NCBI GenBank assembly: GCA_016432425.1
Contig: CP066688.1
Span: 726,647-790,646, forward strand
Source: Candidatus Daviesbacteria bacterium
GTDB taxonomy: Bacteria > Patescibacteriota > Microgenomatia > Daviesbacterales > UBA10151
Direction: 5' to 3'
DNA: 64,000 bases
This document shows, one piece after another, positions 1 to 10,144 of the stretch. Position 1 is the first letter of the stretch, and the number at the start of each line of letters is the position of its first letter. The notes beneath the pieces are model-generated. The model worked only from the letters and a program-made list of their open reading frames with translations, ran no database searches and was not told the origin of the DNA. The translations under genes were made by a program, and so were the position numbers.

Positions 1-794
1 AGGTTCAGTAAAGAAGCCACTGAAAAAGCAGCTAAGGCATTATAAACTTGATAAATCCCGGGAATCGGTAAGGTAATTGGTAATTGATAATTGGTAATTG
101 ACAGTTGGAAAGAAATTCCCGCCAGGCCTTTGGCTTTAATATTTTGAGCTTGTACATTAAGTTTAGTAGCAGATCCGGGATGTTCCCCGGCAATCTTGTG
201 CTCTTTGTCAGCTATGCCAAAAGTAATAATCTTACCCTTAAAAGAGTTAGTTAATTTAAGTAAGTTAGCATCATCCCCATTAATAATTAAAGTAGTAGAT
301 TTAGGTAGCTGCTGCAAAGAATTTTGCCAGCGTTTAACTACCGAATCTATCTCTCCATAGCGATCTAGCTGATCACGAAATACATTTAAAAAAACAATGA
401 TTTTGGGCTGTAATTTGGGAGCTAAATCATTAAAAGCAGCCTCATCCAGCTCCCAAATTCCCAAATCAAACGGCTTTAATTTACCGGTTAAAAGATTAGT
501 TTGCGAGAGAAGTGCTGAAGCTACTCCCCGCTCTAGATTGGATCCGGTGGCATTTCTGATTACTTTTAAATTCTGACTCTCTGCCAAATGGCTGAGTAAC
601 CTGGCAGTAGTAGTTTTACCATTTGTGCCGGTAATAATAATATTTTGAGGAATCTGTTTAGCTAATTTAGCCACTAAATCCCGCTCCAGTTTTAAAGCAT
701 ATAAACCGGGGGCAGCAGATCCTCCGCCTTTACCTAATTTTTTACTTAAAAAAGAAATGAGCTGTCCCGCAGCTACAGCAGCTGAAGTTTTCAT
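1..794 (-). CDS. Mur ligase family protein (MurT-like), N-terminal part; the gene continues past the window start
   Basis: Minus-strand ATG at 794 with an in-frame TAA 6 codons upstream. My translation begins MKTSAAVAAGQLISF and contains IIITGTNGKTTTARLL, a Mur-ligase ATP-binding P-loop. Not in the ORF track because there is no stop inside the window. Confidence 0.6.
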   Translation of the reverse strand, partial: MKTSAAVAAGQLISFLSKKLGKGGGSAAPGLYALKLERDLVAKLAKQIPQNIIITGTNGKTTTARLLSHLAESQNLKVIRNATGSNLERGVASALLSQTNLLTGKLKPFDLGIWELDEAAFNDLAPKLQPKIIVFLNVFRDQLDRYGEIDSVVKRWQNSLQQLPKSTTLIINGDDANLLKLTNSFKGKIITFGIADKEHKIAGEHPGSATKLNVQAQNIKAKGLAGISFQLSITNYQLPITLPIPGIYQVYNALAAFSVASLLN

Positions 795-814
795 ATTGCC
801 TATTATAGCTTAAA

Positions 815-1381
815 TTAGTTCAATTTAGCAGAATTTCCTGCCTCCCAAAAGGAGCTGTCAGTATTTTTATAGTGATATCTATCAGAAAATTTTTCTAAAT
901 CAGCTAAGAAATAAGCCACATGGGCACCCCAAGTAGGAGAAGCAGCATAAACCTTATTCATGGCATAAGGGTTAGTTAAACCTTTATTAATATAATTTTG
1001 TTTAAGTCCCTCGGTGACAGTATAAATACCGTCTCTCCAGGAATTAAAATCCAAAGTTTGATCGCCATAAATTCCCCAGCCCCAGGCATTAAACCCGTAA
1101 GACTGTTTACCAAAAGTACTTTCCACTCCGGAAATAGCCGGAACTAATTTCCAATCTACCCCATATGTATCAGCCGCCTCAATAAAATCTTGAGCTTGAT
1201 ATTGCAGGGGTGAATTATATTTAGCCAGGTAGGCTGCTAAAATTTGGGCGCGTTGATCCAATTGTTTAGCTTGGACCTGAGTTGGAGAGGAAACAATTTG
1301 GATAGAAGAAATCTGTTTATCAAAAGATAAACCAGAAAGGGGTAAAAGTAAAATTGTAATTAGTAATATTTTTATATTCAT
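815..1381 (-). CDS. secreted glucosaminidase/lysozyme-like domain protein (paralog 1)
   Basis: Signal peptide MNIKILLITILLLPLSG (the internal Met is the likely start). Motif PAISGVESTFGK...NAWGWGIYG resembles the glucosaminidase ES..GK plus N.FG.GI motifs. Paralogous to the next gene. Confidence 0.45.
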   Translation of the reverse strand: MNIKILLITILLLPLSGLSFDKQISSIQIVSSPTQVQAKQLDQRAQILAAYLAKYNSPLQYQAQDFIEAADTYGVDWKLVPAISGVESTFGKQSYGFNAWGWGIYGDQTLDFNSWRDGIYTVTEGLKQNYINKGLTNPYAMNKVYAASPTWGAHVAYFLADLEKFSDRYHYKNTDSSFWEAGNSAKLN

Positions 1382-1495
1382 ATTCGCGACCATAAAAAAA
1401 TCCTGATATTTGAGGGGACAAATATCAGGATTAGGACTAATTATAGCTAAAATTGCTCAAAAAGTCAAGTACTATGGGTTAAAATAAGAGCAAAA

Positions 1496-2071
1496 TTACT
1501 GCAGTTCCAACATGAAGGAACGTACACCTTTGGCCCAAGCGCCATCCTTACCCAGAGAAGGCGGGGTATATTTAGTCATGATCTCTTCCGGAGTTTTTAA
1601 ACCAAGGTTTACATAATCTTCCCGCAGAGCTTGCCCAACTCGCTGGATTGCCTCTTCCCAGGAAGGGAATTTGCGAACATTGTTGCCATAAATTCCGTAA
1701 CCAAAAGGATTATAGGAGTTAGCAATCACTCTTTTGCCCCCATTCGACTCTTGCATGGCAATGGCTGGTAGTAGCCGCCAATCGAGTTGGTATTTATCAG
1801 CTACCTTAATAAATTCATTGGCATAATCAGTCAAAACTGATTTATAACCTAAGAAAAAATCTTCAATAATTTTGGCCCGGGCGTCAGTATGAACAATGGC
1901 ATCAGAAACGACAGTATTCTGGGCTGGTAAAGCGCTGTAAAGCTTAAAATCGTGGCTAACTACCGGGGTGTACTTAGCAGTAGATAGATGCATCAGTAAT
2001 ATTAGGGAGAATATTAAGCTGGTAAAGGAGGTCCCAAACCAAGAGGCCACCAAGGTAGTTTGTTTGTCCAT
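1496..2071 (-). CDS. secreted glucosaminidase/lysozyme-like domain protein (paralog 2)
   Basis: N-terminal TM/signal. Motif LLPAIAMQESNGGKRVIANSYNPFGYGIYG matches the FlgJ/LytD-type AQAALESGWGKS...NNLFGIK pattern. Shares the DW(K/R)L.PAI..ES..GK...GIYG...SW core with 815-1381. Confidence 0.45.
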   Translation of the reverse strand: MDKQTTLVASWFGTSFTSLIFSLILLMHLSTAKYTPVVSHDFKLYSALPAQNTVVSDAIVHTDARAKIIEDFFLGYKSVLTDYANEFIKVADKYQLDWRLLPAIAMQESNGGKRVIANSYNPFGYGIYGNNVRKFPSWEEAIQRVGQALREDYVNLGLKTPEEIMTKYTPPSLGKDGAWAKGVRSFMLELQ

Positions 2072-2116
2072 CTGCTAATGATCTAAGTTAGACAAATTTT
2101 TTGCTTTTGTCAAGTT

Positions 2117-3127
2117 TTAGGAGGCAAATACTTTGGGGGTTAGAACATCCAAAATAGCTTGGGCGCAAACTTCTGAATTATGCCTTACCACTTTCAGTTG
2201 ATGTGCTTGCCCTTGTTCTATTTCTATCCTAGTAAAATTACCACGATGAATTTTGTTGGCTAGCGAACAACCAGCTAAATCATTTATCACTGGATACGAA
2301 CCAATGCGAGCGTAAGTAGGAGGAAAATCATGATCTGGTTCATTAACAAAGGCGTGGTCAATAGGTCTACCTAAAATTCCTACTATAACATGAGCAAATT
2401 TTCTAGCAGTATAGCCGTTGGTTTCAGCAAATTTAGTACTGGCGTTACAAAACCAAAGCAGTGGAGACCTACTTTGTCTAATAGCTTCGGCTAGTCCAGG
2501 TGTTTTTAAAATAGGCACTAATGAGGTCCAAAGATCGCTAGGTGGTATTAAAATAGCATCTTTTGGGGTTAAACCATTGATAATCTCCAAAACCTCAGGA
2601 TTAGCTCTGGGAGGCTGAGGAATAAATTCAATATCTGTAATTGCTGGAGTATTAATTTCTCGGGTATCAATATTAGTTTCACCTTCTAAGTATGACCCAT
2701 CCTCCATTCTAGCCCTGATATGGACATTATCATCGCTTATAGGAATAACTCTACCAACATAATGGGCAGCAAAGGCTTTCTCTAAGAGTTTTACTCCTCC
2801 GGAATGGCTACCTGTTATTATTTCGGCCGCTGCTAGTAGCTCGGTAAGAGGGCGATGTCCTTTTAGACTACTGTTACCATTCCACCTGAAACCAGCTAGC
2901 TTACCCACATCCCCCTCTTTGTCTCTAATATGAATTCCAATTCTATGAGTAGCGTCTCCTGGCGGTAAAACTCCTTCTTCTATCCGTAGTAAGCCAGAGT
3001 GGCCACCACTATCATGAACACCGGTAACGCTGATTACATTGGGGGTTAAATTTAAGAGGCCATCTTCAATACTAATACAACCTTTTCCTCCAGCGGGTAT
3101 GACAATTCTAGGCTCATAATCCTTCAT
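2117..3127 (-). CDS. YvcK/CofD-family (UPF0052, gluconeogenesis factor-like) protein
   Basis: 336 aa. Motif VTGVHDSGGHSGLLR resembles the DDGGSSGRLR signature of YvcK/CofD. Size fits the family. Confidence 0.5.
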   Translation of the reverse strand: MKDYEPRIVIPAGGKGCISIEDGLLNLTPNVISVTGVHDSGGHSGLLRIEEGVLPPGDATHRIGIHIRDKEGDVGKLAGFRWNGNSSLKGHRPLTELLAAAEIITGSHSGGVKLLEKAFAAHYVGRVIPISDDNVHIRARMEDGSYLEGETNIDTREINTPAITDIEFIPQPPRANPEVLEIINGLTPKDAILIPPSDLWTSLVPILKTPGLAEAIRQSRSPLLWFCNASTKFAETNGYTARKFAHVIVGILGRPIDHAFVNEPDHDFPPTYARIGSYPVINDLAGCSLANKIHRGNFTRIEIEQGQAHQLKVVRHNSEVCAQAILDVLTPKVFAS

Positions 3128-3203
3128 ACAAAACTTCCGAAAATTATCATATCACAATAGATCAATATGCAAAAGATCCTTATTTAAGGTAAAATATACC
3201 TAC

Positions 3204-3288
3204 GCCCCGATGCTGGAATTGGTAGACAGGCTAGTTTCAGGAACTAGTGCCCGAAAGGGCGTGGGAGTTCGAGTCTCCCTTGGGGCAC
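3204..3288 (+). tRNA. tRNA-Leu (anticodon CAG), type II
   Basis: Hand fold: acceptor GCCCCGA/TTGGGGC; anticodon stem CTAGT/ACTAG with loop TTCAGGA; long variable arm TGCCCGAAAGGGCGT; T-arm GGGAG-TTCGAGT-CTCCC. No encoded CCA. Confidence 0.8.
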
Positions 3289-3292
3289 TTAA

Positions 3293-3377
3293 GCCGAGGT
3301 GGCGGAATTGGTATACGCGTACGCTTGAGGTGCGTATCCCGCAAGGGGTGCAGGTTCAAGTCCTGTCCTCGGCACCA
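3293..3377 (+). tRNA. tRNA-Leu (anticodon GAG), type II, CCA encoded
   Basis: Acceptor GCCGAGG/CCTCGGC; anticodon stem TACGC/GCGTA with loop TTGAGGT; long variable arm; T-arm CAGG-TTCAAGT-CCTG; ends ACCA. Confidence 0.8.
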
Positions 3378-3388
3378 AAATAATTTAT

Positions 3389-3461
3389 GGACGGTTAGCT
3401 CAGTTGGTAGAGCGCTTCATTTACACTGAAGATGTCGGGGGTTCAAGTCCCTCACCGTCCA
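3389..3461 (+). tRNA. tRNA-Val (anticodon TAC)
   Basis: Acceptor GGACGGT/ACCGTCC; D-arm GCTC-AGTTGGT-AGAGC; anticodon stem CTTCA/TGAAG with loop TTTACAC; T-arm GGGGG-TTCAAGT-CCCTC. Confidence 0.85.
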
Positions 3462-3462
3462 C

Positions 3463-3975
3463 TTACTTTCCTATTCCCAAAACTTGGGATCCTAGCCAGG
3501 GTTGGTAATTGACCAGATGTAAAGAAAATTCTTGGTATATCTTAAAAAGAAAAAGTAAAATTAAAACTGCTGTAGATAATTTTCTGGACCAAAGTAATTT
3601 TTCTCCCCAGAATTTTTGATAAATTAAATAAAACAAAAAGAAGAATTCAAATAAATTGGGAAAGAAAAATAATAATTGCTTTGCTTGAGTAATCTCAAAA
3701 AGAATAACACCAACTATTCTATAAAAAAATAAACTGCTGGCAATTTTTTTAACTAATTTGTCTCTCCAGGTTAAAGCTACTATAAATTCCAAAGTCAAAT
3801 AATGAAGATCTAATACTTTATCTAGGTTTTGGTAAAGTATTAATTTCCCTGGGTCAAAAGCCTGTAGGATATTAAAATCAATATAATCCAGGAAAATACT
3901 TAAGAGCCCGCCAATGAGGGGCCATCTTAGAATTAGCAGTGGCAAAGTGATTCTTAAAAGAATTACTAATATCAA
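3463..3975 (-). CDS. hypothetical polytopic membrane protein
   Basis: 170-aa ORF, strongly hydrophobic with several predicted TM segments. No recognisable motif. Confidence 0.4.
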   Translation of the reverse strand: MILVILLRITLPLLILRWPLIGGLLSIFLDYIDFNILQAFDPGKLILYQNLDKVLDLHYLTLEFIVALTWRDKLVKKIASSLFFYRIVGVILFEITQAKQLLFFFPNLFEFFFLFYLIYQKFWGEKLLWSRKLSTAVLILLFLFKIYQEFSLHLVNYQPWLGSQVLGIGK

Positions 3976-4061
3976 GTTATTAATATATTTTTATCCAAGC
4001 TTTAGAGAATCAGATAAACTTAAAGTAAGAAAAAGATAGGAAAATTTGTTATGATTTTAAT

Positions 4062-4268
4062 ATGGTAGATCCGGGAAAGATTTTTGCCCTGCTGGGAATT
4101 CTTTTTTTAATGATTTCTTTATTATGGAATGTAATTGCCCCTAATTTGCCCAAAATTCCCGGGGATATTTATATAAATAGAGGTGGAATTAAGATTTATA
4201 TCCCCTGGTTATCTTCCTTAATCCTTTCCGCCATCTTAACTTTACTCTTCAATTTTTTTAGAAAATAG
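4062..4268 (+). CDS. DUF2905-family small membrane protein
   Basis: 68 aa. LPKIPGDIYINRGGIKIYIPWLSSLILSAILTLLFNFFRK matches the DUF2905 pattern (PGDI..R.G.....P), two TM helices. Confidence 0.7.
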   Translation: MVDPGKIFALLGILFLMISLLWNVIAPNLPKIPGDIYINRGGIKIYIPWLSSLILSAILTLLFNFFRK

Positions 4269-4433
4269 GGTAAAATCTACAGTGATTTGCCGGAATTGCC
4301 AACGTGGTCAAGGCGGGCGCTTGAAGAGCGTTTTATCTCAGTCCGATTCTGGGTTCCGGCACCGAAAGTTTCTGTGGGAATAACAACCTCCGCCAAAGGC
4401 GGAGAACGTTGTTCCCTGGAAATCGGCATTTCT

Positions 4434-4508
4434 GCGGGAATAGCTCAGCGGTAGAGCGTCTCATTGCCAATGAGAAGGTCACGGGTTCAAATCCCGCTTC
4501 CCGCTCCA
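4434..4508 (+). tRNA. tRNA-Gly (anticodon GCC), CCA encoded
   Basis: Acceptor GCGGGAA/TTCCCGC; D-arm GCTC-AGCGGTA-GAGC; anticodon stem TCTCA/TGAGA with loop TTGCCAA; T-arm ACGGG-TTCAAAT-CCCGC; ends TCCA. Confidence 0.85.
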
Positions 4509-4880
4509 TAGGAATTTTATCGAACTCGTGGATTTTAGCTTCAGAAAGTTGCTGAAATTCTGTAAAATCTAAACCTATAACCTTATACCCTAACAGGAAT
4601 CGAACTAGCCTCAAGCTCGTTATTTCCCCTCTTGATCAGATTTTTCAAAACTACCCATCCACTTTGACCCGTTCAATGAGCGAGGCTCGCCAAAGGCGGC
4701 CCATAAAATTCTTGCATAACTGCACAAGCCAGTAAATACACAACTTCTTGTATGTCCTTTAGCTCTTCTTCTGATGAATTAGGATAATATCTCTTGATTA
4801 TTTCCAGCGGTAACATTTGCAATTATCACCCCCTTAATCTAAAATTAGAAAGATTTTACGGTTTGTGATCAAGGTATAAT

Positions 4881-6596
4881 ATGATTGAGGCAGAAATGTA
4901 CAAGAAAATAGAAATAAATAGGAAAAATATATTTATTGGAGTTGCATGGCCCTATGTTAATGGAGACATACATATTGGTCATATGGCAGGATATCTTCTT
5001 CCTGCTGATATAATTGCTAGATATTATCGAGCAGATAATTATAAGGTCTTAATGGTATCAGGATCAGATTGTTTTGGAACTCCAATTACCATTGAAGCCG
5101 ATAAAAGAGATTTACCCCCTCAAACTATTGCTGATATCTATCATAAACAAGATGAAAGACTCTTTAAAGAAGTTCTAGGTTTAACATATGATATTTACAC
5201 AAGGACTGATACTGAAAATCATATAAAAACAGTACAAGATGTTTTTATGGGACTTCTTGACAGAGGGTATATTTTTATTGACACCACCAAACAATTCTAT
5301 TCACCTCAAGAAAAAAAATTCCTGCCTGATAGGTATGTTGAAGGCGAGTGTAAAAATTGTGGATATGATGGTGCGAGGGCAGATCAGTGCGAAAACTGTG
5401 GTAAATTATTAGAACAAGATGAATTGATTAATCCAAAGAGTAAACTAACAGAACAAGAAGTTATACTTAAAGATACAGAACATTACTTTTTAGATTGGTC
5501 TCTGTTACAACCACAAATTAATGATTATGTAGCAGGCTCTGGATCGCATTGGAAAAATTGGGTTTTTCAAGAAACACAAGGCTGGCTTAGGAAAGGATTA
5601 AAACCCAGAGCAATCACCAGGGATATTAATTGGGGAGTTCCTTTACCTACGGATAGAATACCTAGTGATAAATTAATAGATAACCATCAAGAAAAACGTC
5701 TTTATGTATGGTTTGATGCCGTGATAGGGTATCTATCTGCTTCAAAACTTTGGGCTCAAGAAAACTCTGAAAACTGGGAAAATTTTTGGTACAATCAAGA
5801 TTCCAAACATTACTATTTTATGGGGAAAGACAATTTGATATTTCACACTATCCTATGGCCAGGACAGTTAATCGGATATGATCCAAAATTACACCTCCCT
5901 GATATGCCTAGTGTAAATATGTTTTACAATTTAGAAGGTCAAAAATTCTCTAAAAGTAAAAATATTACTATTGGCATAGAAGAATTAGTTAATCAATTTG
6001 GTAATGATGCTGTAAGATTTTATACTACCTTAACTATGCCCGAGACAAAAGACGCTAGTTTTAAATTCGATGATTTCATAGAAAAAAATAACCAGTTATT
6101 AGTTGGAAATCTAGGAAATTACATTCATAGAATTTTATCTATTGCGAGTACAGAAGATATCGGAAAAATTGCAGCATACCCTTTGTCTAGTGAGGTAAGT
6201 AAAGCTATAGATACATCCTTTGAAAAGGCTAGGTCTCATATTCAAAATTGTGAATTCAGGAATTATTTAGATGATTTATTAAATCTTTCGGATTTTGGGA
6301 ATAAGTTTTTTAGTTACCAAGAAGTGTGGAAATTAAAAAAAACAGATCGTGAGCAATACTGCAGTGCTTTAAAGCAATTGTATTCAATGATATTAGCGTT
6401 AGGTTATTTAATGGTACCAGTTTTACCGGAAACGTCTACTAGATTAGCACAGATGCTAGAAATTGAAACCTTCGATAAATGGCCTCAGGTAAATGAAGAA
6501 ATAAATAGGATTGAAGATCAACTAAAACAAGTCAAACAACCCATTAAGCCGACACCTTTATTTAGAAAGATTGATCCAAAAGAAACCCTAAAATAA
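4881..6596 (+). CDS. metG: methionine--tRNA ligase (class I aaRS)
   Basis: HIGH motif in PYVNGDIHIGHMAGY; KMSKS-type KFSKSK; zinc knuckle CKNCGY...CENCG; DCFGTPI resembles MetRS DAHGTPI. 571 aa. Confidence 0.9.
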   Translation: MIEAEMYKKIEINRKNIFIGVAWPYVNGDIHIGHMAGYLLPADIIARYYRADNYKVLMVSGSDCFGTPITIEADKRDLPPQTIADIYHKQDERLFKEVLGLTYDIYTRTDTENHIKTVQDVFMGLLDRGYIFIDTTKQFYSPQEKKFLPDRYVEGECKNCGYDGARADQCENCGKLLEQDELINPKSKLTEQEVILKDTEHYFLDWSLLQPQINDYVAGSGSHWKNWVFQETQGWLRKGLKPRAITRDINWGVPLPTDRIPSDKLIDNHQEKRLYVWFDAVIGYLSASKLWAQENSENWENFWYNQDSKHYYFMGKDNLIFHTILWPGQLIGYDPKLHLPDMPSVNMFYNLEGQKFSKSKNITIGIEELVNQFGNDAVRFYTTLTMPETKDASFKFDDFIEKNNQLLVGNLGNYIHRILSIASTEDIGKIAAYPLSSEVSKAIDTSFEKARSHIQNCEFRNYLDDLLNLSDFGNKFFSYQEVWKLKKTDREQYCSALKQLYSMILALGYLMVPVLPETSTRLAQMLEIETFDKWPQVNEEINRIEDQLKQVKQPIKPTPLFRKIDPKETLK

Positions 6597-6664
6597 GTTT
6601 CTACTAAAACCAAAGAAAAAACTGAGTTTCTAAATGTTGTCGAATTTCTTTTTGGCGATTAATA

Positions 6665-7585
6665 CTACCTTTTTTCAAATTCATATATAAAGCATCCAGG
6701 TTTTATGTATATTCCGTTTTCTTTTTGATAGGTGTTAAAATCTTGTTTCAACTCATCAATTATCTCTTCAACATCATTTGATTTGTTAAAATATGTTTCC
6801 ATATGGAAATTCATGAATGTTTCTAGTGCCTCATTCATGGATTCATATCGTATCGGGTCGCCTACTAAATGAGTTGTAGACATTTTTCCGATTCCCTCCC
6901 GTAAACATATATTGGAAACCTCGTCGATTAATAATTTGGATGGAGATTGGATATTGATATCTGAAAATATTGGGAAAACCTTTTTCCATTGTTTAAAAAG
7001 AATAGTTTGCTCTTCACTCTGACTATCAAAGTGAATAATATATAATTTTCCATTTGATTCTAAATTATTTTTTATAAACCTGAGGATGTTATTTTTTACA
7101 TATTCAGATTTTGATGGGTCATGAATCAAATGCTGATGTACTGAATGTGAGAAGCTCCACAAGCTATACACAAAATCATATTTATTTTTGGCGCTAGAGA
7201 AATAGTTAATGGTATCACTGCGGATAAAAGAAATACCTCTTTGATTCCGATATTTTTTTTGGGAATAATCGATCATTTGAGGACTAAGATCAACCATGTC
7301 CAGGGATGTATATCTAGGTATGTGTTCCAGAAAAATATCAGTGGCTCTACCTGAACCAAAGCCCAGTTCAAGCGCTCGTATGATCGGAAGAGGTCTTATT
7401 TTACTGTCCAAATAATTTGAAAAAAGTTTAAGGTCAGTGACGGAGTTAAATACATACTCCTTAAGTATGCTATTATAGTAATCTGGAGGTATATATTCTG
7501 AAATTTTGTCTGCATGTAGCTTGAGCCAAGGATATTTCTGTTGCAAATAGCTTAATTGCATATCCCACTTATGATAAATCATCAT
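6665..7585 (-). CDS. class I SAM-dependent methyltransferase
   Basis: Motif I LELGFGSGRATD (E/DxGxGxG) followed by acidic motif II (DMVDLS). 306 aa with a ~90-aa N-terminal extension. Confidence 0.65.
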   Translation of the reverse strand: MMIYHKWDMQLSYLQQKYPWLKLHADKISEYIPPDYYNSILKEYVFNSVTDLKLFSNYLDSKIRPLPIIRALELGFGSGRATDIFLEHIPRYTSLDMVDLSPQMIDYSQKKYRNQRGISFIRSDTINYFSSAKNKYDFVYSLWSFSHSVHQHLIHDPSKSEYVKNNILRFIKNNLESNGKLYIIHFDSQSEEQTILFKQWKKVFPIFSDINIQSPSKLLIDEVSNICLREGIGKMSTTHLVGDPIRYESMNEALETFMNFHMETYFNKSNDVEEIIDELKQDFNTYQKENGIYIKPGCFIYEFEKR

Positions 7586-7616
7586 TCCAACTTAGTCAAA
7601 ATAAAAAAACATTTGA

Positions 7617-8639
7617 TTAATCAGTAAGTATTTTATAAAGAGTAGAGGAAAGTTTAGTCATTTGTGAATGAGATTGGATACAAATACGTAACCAACAATC
7701 ACCAGTGAACCCCAGCTCGGCTCCATCTCTAACCAGAAAACCTTGTTCTTTAAGTTTGCTCGCCACTTTAGTACTGGTCTTATTAACCAATATTTTTAAT
7801 AGAATAAAATTAGCTTCAGGCACGAATGGTTGCAACAAACCATAGAATTTGTCTTGGAACAATTTGTAAGTGTCAGGTCTAGCTTGAAGAAAAAATTTTC
7901 GTGTTTTAGTAAGGTGAGTAGTCTGTTTAACCAGCCAAGAGGTGACTTTTTCACTAAAAGCGTTGGTGGAGTATGGTATGTGAAATTCTTTGTATTTAGC
8001 AATATTTAAGGGAGATGAAACCAAAAATGCTGACCTAATACCCGGTACAGCAAATACCTTAGAAAATGAAGTAACAACAAAAAGGTTATCTAAATTTTGA
8101 GCCAGAGATGTAAGAGTTAATTGCGAATAATCCTGGCGAAAAATGAGATAAGTCTCATCAACAACAAAACAAGTGTTGGGATGATCTTTTATTATAGTAA
8201 GAATTTTTTCTCGTTCTATAAGTGTAGAAGTGGGGTTGTTAGGGTTACAAAGATAAACAACTGTGTTTGGAGTAAGTTGACTTTCAAGGATAGGTAAGTT
8301 CAAAACAAAATTTTCAGCCTCTACCAAAGAGAGGATATTGATTTTATGACCTGCTTTTTGACTGGCTAAAGAATATTCCCAAAAAGTAGGATACGGAATC
8401 AAGGAAATTTTCTTATTGAGAAATCTAGGTAAAATGAAAAGAGCCTCAGTGGAGCCATTACAAAAGATAACCCCATCGGGAGCAAGATCGAAAGCAACAG
8501 CAATATCTCTACTGACAGATTCACTGTGAGCATCTGGGTAATGTAAAGCAGAATTAATCAAATCCTGAGCCTGCACGAAAAATGCAGGAGGACAGCCGAG
8601 CACATTAATATTTTGAGCAAAGTCTAGGACTGTTTTCAT
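7617..8639 (-). CDS. class I/II PLP aminotransferase (HisC/CobD-like)
   Basis: CNPNNPTS (NPNNPTG box) and the PLP-lysine motif SFSKVFAVPGIRSAF typical of histidinol-phosphate aminotransferase / threonine-phosphate decarboxylase. Confidence 0.7.
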   Translation of the reverse strand: MKTVLDFAQNINVLGCPPAFFVQAQDLINSALHYPDAHSESVSRDIAVAFDLAPDGVIFCNGSTEALFILPRFLNKKISLIPYPTFWEYSLASQKAGHKINILSLVEAENFVLNLPILESQLTPNTVVYLCNPNNPTSTLIEREKILTIIKDHPNTCFVVDETYLIFRQDYSQLTLTSLAQNLDNLFVVTSFSKVFAVPGIRSAFLVSSPLNIAKYKEFHIPYSTNAFSEKVTSWLVKQTTHLTKTRKFFLQARPDTYKLFQDKFYGLLQPFVPEANFILLKILVNKTSTKVASKLKEQGFLVRDGAELGFTGDCWLRICIQSHSQMTKLSSTLYKILTD

Positions 8640-8671
8640 TTTATGCTATAATTAAGCTAATTATACTAAAT

Positions 8672-10144
8672 TTGAATATGATTCTAAATAGTAAAAATAG
8701 GAGTGAGGCAAAAAAGTATTTTGAACAGGTAATAGATATGGGTTTGGACTTCAAACTTCAGGATAAGGTGACACCAAAACATTTATCCATTAAGGAAGGG
8801 AAAAAACTCCTGATAGACTTTCCAGAGAATGGAGTTTCCATAGATGATATCTTGAAGGAATTTTCAGAGAAGGTTCTTCCTTATTGTACAAACTTCAGTA
8901 GCCCAAATTTTATGGGTTTTCCGGATGCAGGAAATTCAGTGGCAGCTATATCCGCAGGCTTGCTATATAACATGTTGCAACAAAACCTTATCAATCAAAG
9001 TTTTTGTGGTCCTTCTGCAACCTTTGTGGAGATAGCAGTGATCAAATGGCTCAGAGAAGTAGTGGGTTACAAAAATGGGGAAATAAACGATATTTGGGAT
9101 GTGGGTGGAATAATCACTCCTGGAGGAACGTCTAGTAATACTATAGGTATAATATTAGCTAGAGAAAACAGGTTCCCTGATGCAATGAATAAAGGTGTGG
9201 AAGATTTGGACAAGGCATGGTTGGTAGTACCGAAAGGGATAGGTCATTACAGCGTAAAGAGTGGACAAATGTGGGCTGGATGTGGGAACAGGTTAATTGA
9301 GGTAGAAACCAAAGATTTCCGTTATGATCTAGACGAGCTTAAAAAGACACTTGAGATAAATAAAGGGAAGGTGATGTGTGTAGTGGCATACGCTGGGGAT
9401 AGTAGGACGATGACCGTAGATAATTTTACCAAGGTGGTTAAGATTGTCAAAGCCGTTGATCCAACTATTTGGTTACATGCAGATGCATGCCATGGGTTTT
9501 CTTTGGGATTTAGTCCTAAATTGAAGCATAAAATCAAAGGAATTGAACTATTTGATAGTATAACCATGGATCCACATAAGGTGATGATGACTCCGTATGT
9601 AATAAGTGTCCTTTTAGTCAAAAACCCTCAGAAATTCAAAACTATTACAAGCATGTCCGATTTGATAATGCAAGAACAATTTGCCTTCGGACAAATTACA
9701 CCTTTTTTGGGTAGTCGGCCTTGGTTATCGTTAAAACTGTGGTTTGTGATGAAAAATCTGGGCAAAAAAGGGTTCGCTCAATTAATAGAAAGACGTCATA
9801 AATTAGCCCAATATTTAGCCAGTAAACTTGAGAGGGATTCAGATTTTATACTGCTTAATAAGGTGGAGATAAATTCAGTGGCATTTATGTACCGCAAAGG
9901 TATTGATTTACAAGACATTGAGAGATTGAACAAAGTAAACAAGAAAATACACAATGATATCATCGAAGAGGGTTTGTACCATTTACATCAATTCAGCGTC
10001 CCGGATTCAGGGAAGCTTAAAAAGGGCGAGATAGTATACCCACAAAGGTATATGGCAGGAAATCCGAACATTTCGGAAGTAGATATCGATAAAATGCTGG
10101 AATATGTTAGAAGAATAGGAGAAAATGCAGTAAAAGAGCCATAA
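8672..10144 (+). CDS. group II PLP-dependent decarboxylase (aromatic-L-amino-acid / DABA decarboxylase family)
   Basis: 490 aa. DPHKVMMTPYVISVLLVK resembles the NPHKWLLV PLP-lysine region of DDC-type decarboxylases. N-terminal SPNFMGFPDAG resembles HPNFFAYFPS. Confidence 0.7.
   Translation: MNMILNSKNRSEAKKYFEQVIDMGLDFKLQDKVTPKHLSIKEGKKLLIDFPENGVSIDDILKEFSEKVLPYCTNFSSPNFMGFPDAGNSVAAISAGLLYNMLQQNLINQSFCGPSATFVEIAVIKWLREVVGYKNGEINDIWDVGGIITPGGTSSNTIGIILARENRFPDAMNKGVEDLDKAWLVVPKGIGHYSVKSGQMWAGCGNRLIEVETKDFRYDLDELKKTLEINKGKVMCVVAYAGDSRTMTVDNFTKVVKIVKAVDPTIWLHADACHGFSLGFSPKLKHKIKGIELFDSITMDPHKVMMTPYVISVLLVKNPQKFKTITSMSDLIMQEQFAFGQITPFLGSRPWLSLKLWFVMKNLGKKGFAQLIERRHKLAQYLASKLERDSDFILLNKVEINSVAFMYRKGIDLQDIERLNKVNKKIHNDIIEEGLYHLHQFSVPDSGKLKKGEIVYPQRYMAGNPNISEVDIDKMLEYVRRIGENAVKEP

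Noticed and set aside
3247-3429. 60-aa ORF in the tRNA-Leu/Leu/Val cluster (similar cases: 4333-4614, 35761-35943, 39278-39502)
   Set aside because: They overlap well-folded tRNA genes and translate to R/G/C-rich junk. Spurious.
4643-4815. Putative 58-aa minus-strand ORF downstream of tRNA-Gly
   Set aside because: Recounting the bases showed an in-frame TAA five codons after the ATG; the ORF does not exist.
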